In this document: positions 63,026 to 64,000 of the stretch, in pieces | Position numbering within the stretch: the stretch's first letter is position 1 | How the letters are laid out: every line of letters begins with the position of its first letter | Notes under the pieces: model-generated | Seen by the model: the letters and a program-made list of their open reading frames with translations, nothing else | Told to the model about the DNA's origin: nothing | The model's database searches: none | Translations under genes and position numbers: made by a program | From: an uncultured Chthoniobacterales bacterium | GTDB lineage: Bacteria; Verrucomicrobiota; Verrucomicrobiia; Chthoniobacterales; UBA10450 | NCBI GenBank assembly: GCA_964236815.1 | Contig: CAXSFN010000020.1 | Location: 487 to 64,486, forward strand | Direction: 5' to 3' | Length of the DNA stretch: 64,000 nucleotides

Positions 63026-63775
63026 ATGATCTCTTTTCAACTCACTACGTTCTCTTCCGCGTTTCTGATTGTTCTTCTCGGTCTGGCTCAGCCGCCTCCT
63101 TTGCGCGCTGAAGTGTCGCCTGAAACACGTCCTGCGATGGTCGGCTCCGGTCCGGATTCGCTGATCAATCTGATCAAAACCGGCGAACTGTTTCAGAAGG
63201 GTCAACGCGACGCATGGGTGATGTTTCAATGCCGGGTGACGGGCGGCGGGGTCGTTTTCGGGAGCGACTTCTTCACCGCCTCGCCGGGCGCCGATCTGCT
63301 GAAGAACGAACTCCGTCGGCGCTTGCGGCAGTCCAGATTCATCCCCGCGATCTACAATCACAAACAAGTAAACGCCTACTTCGCTGGAACCGCTTTTTTT
63401 GTCGTCGCGAACGGAAAGCCACACCTCCGCGTGTACGCCCATCAGGAGCTCGATGAAATCAAACGCGGAACGGACTTCATCGCGCCCCAGTCCATTCTTG
63501 TCCCGAACCACGGCGTCTCAAACTTTCCAGAATTCCCCGCCGGCTTTGTCCACGAAGAAACAGCCGCCATGGTGAAACTGCGTCACAGCGTCGATGCGAA
63601 TGGCAAGACAAGTGATGTGCAAGTGATCAGCGAACGACCGCCGGGCCATGGGCTGGGTGACTGGTTGAAGAAGGCCCTACCGCTGGTCGATTTCCTGCCC
63701 GGCTACCGCAACGGCCGACCGGCTGCGACGAGTTATACATTCACGTGGGTTTACGGACAGACAGTGGGATGGTGA
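63026..63775 (+). CDS. hypothetical secreted protein (two TonB-C-like halves?)
   Basis: 249 aa. Signal peptide. The two halves resemble each other loosely (...RFIPAIYNHKQV... / ...DFLPGYRNGRPA...), reminiscent of TonB C-terminal folds. Weak functional call. Confidence 0.5.
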   Translation: MISFQLTTFSSAFLIVLLGLAQPPPLRAEVSPETRPAMVGSGPDSLINLIKTGELFQKGQRDAWVMFQCRVTGGGVVFGSDFFTASPGADLLKNELRRRLRQSRFIPAIYNHKQVNAYFAGTAFFVVANGKPHLRVYAHQELDEIKRGTDFIAPQSILVPNHGVSNFPEFPAGFVHEETAAMVKLRHSVDANGKTSDVQVISERPPGHGLGDWLKKALPLVDFLPGYRNGRPAATSYTFTWVYGQTVGW

Positions 63776-64000
63776 CACGAGCTGCGATTGTTACGTTCAG
63801 CCTTTGCTTTGCTTTTGCGGCAAGGATGCAGGCGGAACCGCCGGTCATGCTTCACCCGGCCGCCGTTTTTGATGGTGAGGAAATCCACGTCGGTTGGTCG
63901 GTCCTCGTCGTGGGCGATAAGATTCAATACGCAGGCGGGGCGATCGATCAGATCGCGCCTTTGGGAACGCGAACAATCGAATTGCCTAACGAGACGTTGA
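63772..64000 (+). CDS. amidohydrolase-family protein, N-terminal fragment (continues past window)
   Basis: GTG 63772 overlaps the previous stop (GTGA). Reads VTRAAIVTFSLCFAFAARMQAEPPVMLHPAAVFDGEEIHVGWSVLVVGDKIQYAGGAIDQIAPLGTRTIELPNETL: signal peptide plus the typical amidohydrolase N-terminal beta-sandwich start. Not in the ORF track; the track ORF 63788.. is in another, Arg-rich frame. Confidence 0.55.
   Translation, partial: MTRAAIVTFSLCFAFAARMQAEPPVMLHPAAVFDGEEIHVGWSVLVVGDKIQYAGGAIDQIAPLGTRTIELPNETL

Noticed and set aside
63788-64000. Track ORF at the window end (MLRSAFALLLRQGCRRNRRS...)
   Set aside because: Arg-rich alternative frame. The frame starting at GTG 63772 gives a signal peptide plus an amidohydrolase-like N-terminus, and its start forms a GTGA overlap with the upstream stop.
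1-64000. HIP1-like GCGATCGC / CGATCG enrichment
   Set aside because: I counted roughly ten GCGATCGC sites by eye, perhaps a few-fold over a crude expectation. That is too weak and too dependent on exact composition to claim without computation.

Overview
64 kb of a GC-rich (about 60% by eye, not computed) Gram-negative chromosome. Gene content (BamA-Skp, ExbB-ExbD-TonB, Lgt, a futalosine-pathway radical-SAM enzyme, GTP-dependent PEPCK, GatCA, UBact plus 20S proteasome) fits a PVC/Verrucomicrobiota-like soil bacterium, but that assignment is inference. There are about 65 tightly packed, mostly housekeeping CDS on both strands, many coupled by 4-nt ATGA/GTGA overlaps, plus one tRNA-Thr(CGU). 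I see no rRNA, CRISPR array, integrase, transposase, prophage or recognisable defence island. The unusual content is mostly at the DNA-word and repeat level. (1) The 10-mer CTCGTTAGGC occurs 24 times exactly (about 45 with near-variants), on both strands and in all permissive frames, a density like that of DUS/USS uptake sequences. (2) uvrA is a 2046-codon head-to-tail fusion of two UvrA units. It carries four in-frame, translated copies of a palindromic REP/RPE-like element, one of which forms the fusion linker. (3) A second hairpin repeat family (GTCATCCTGAG...GAAGGATC) fills four intergenic gaps between 21 and 31 kb and supplies the uvrA stop codon. (4) An unlisted 57-codon ORF encodes a UBact/Pup-like tag directly upstream of prcB-prcA, with no Mpa/Dop/PafA nearby. 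(5) hxlR, an unknown gene and a minimal ATP-dependent DNA ligase form a translationally coupled operon. Smaller items: a MobA-FdhD fusion next to a MOSC gene, a frameshifted D-amino-acid oxidase, a methyltransferase gene remnant, a Ca-binding-type beta/gamma-crystallin in a lower-GC patch, and a rhomboid with a degenerate active site. The ORF track prints M for GTG starts, so several starts were re-set by hand. Motif coordinates were read by eye and may be off by 1-2 nt.
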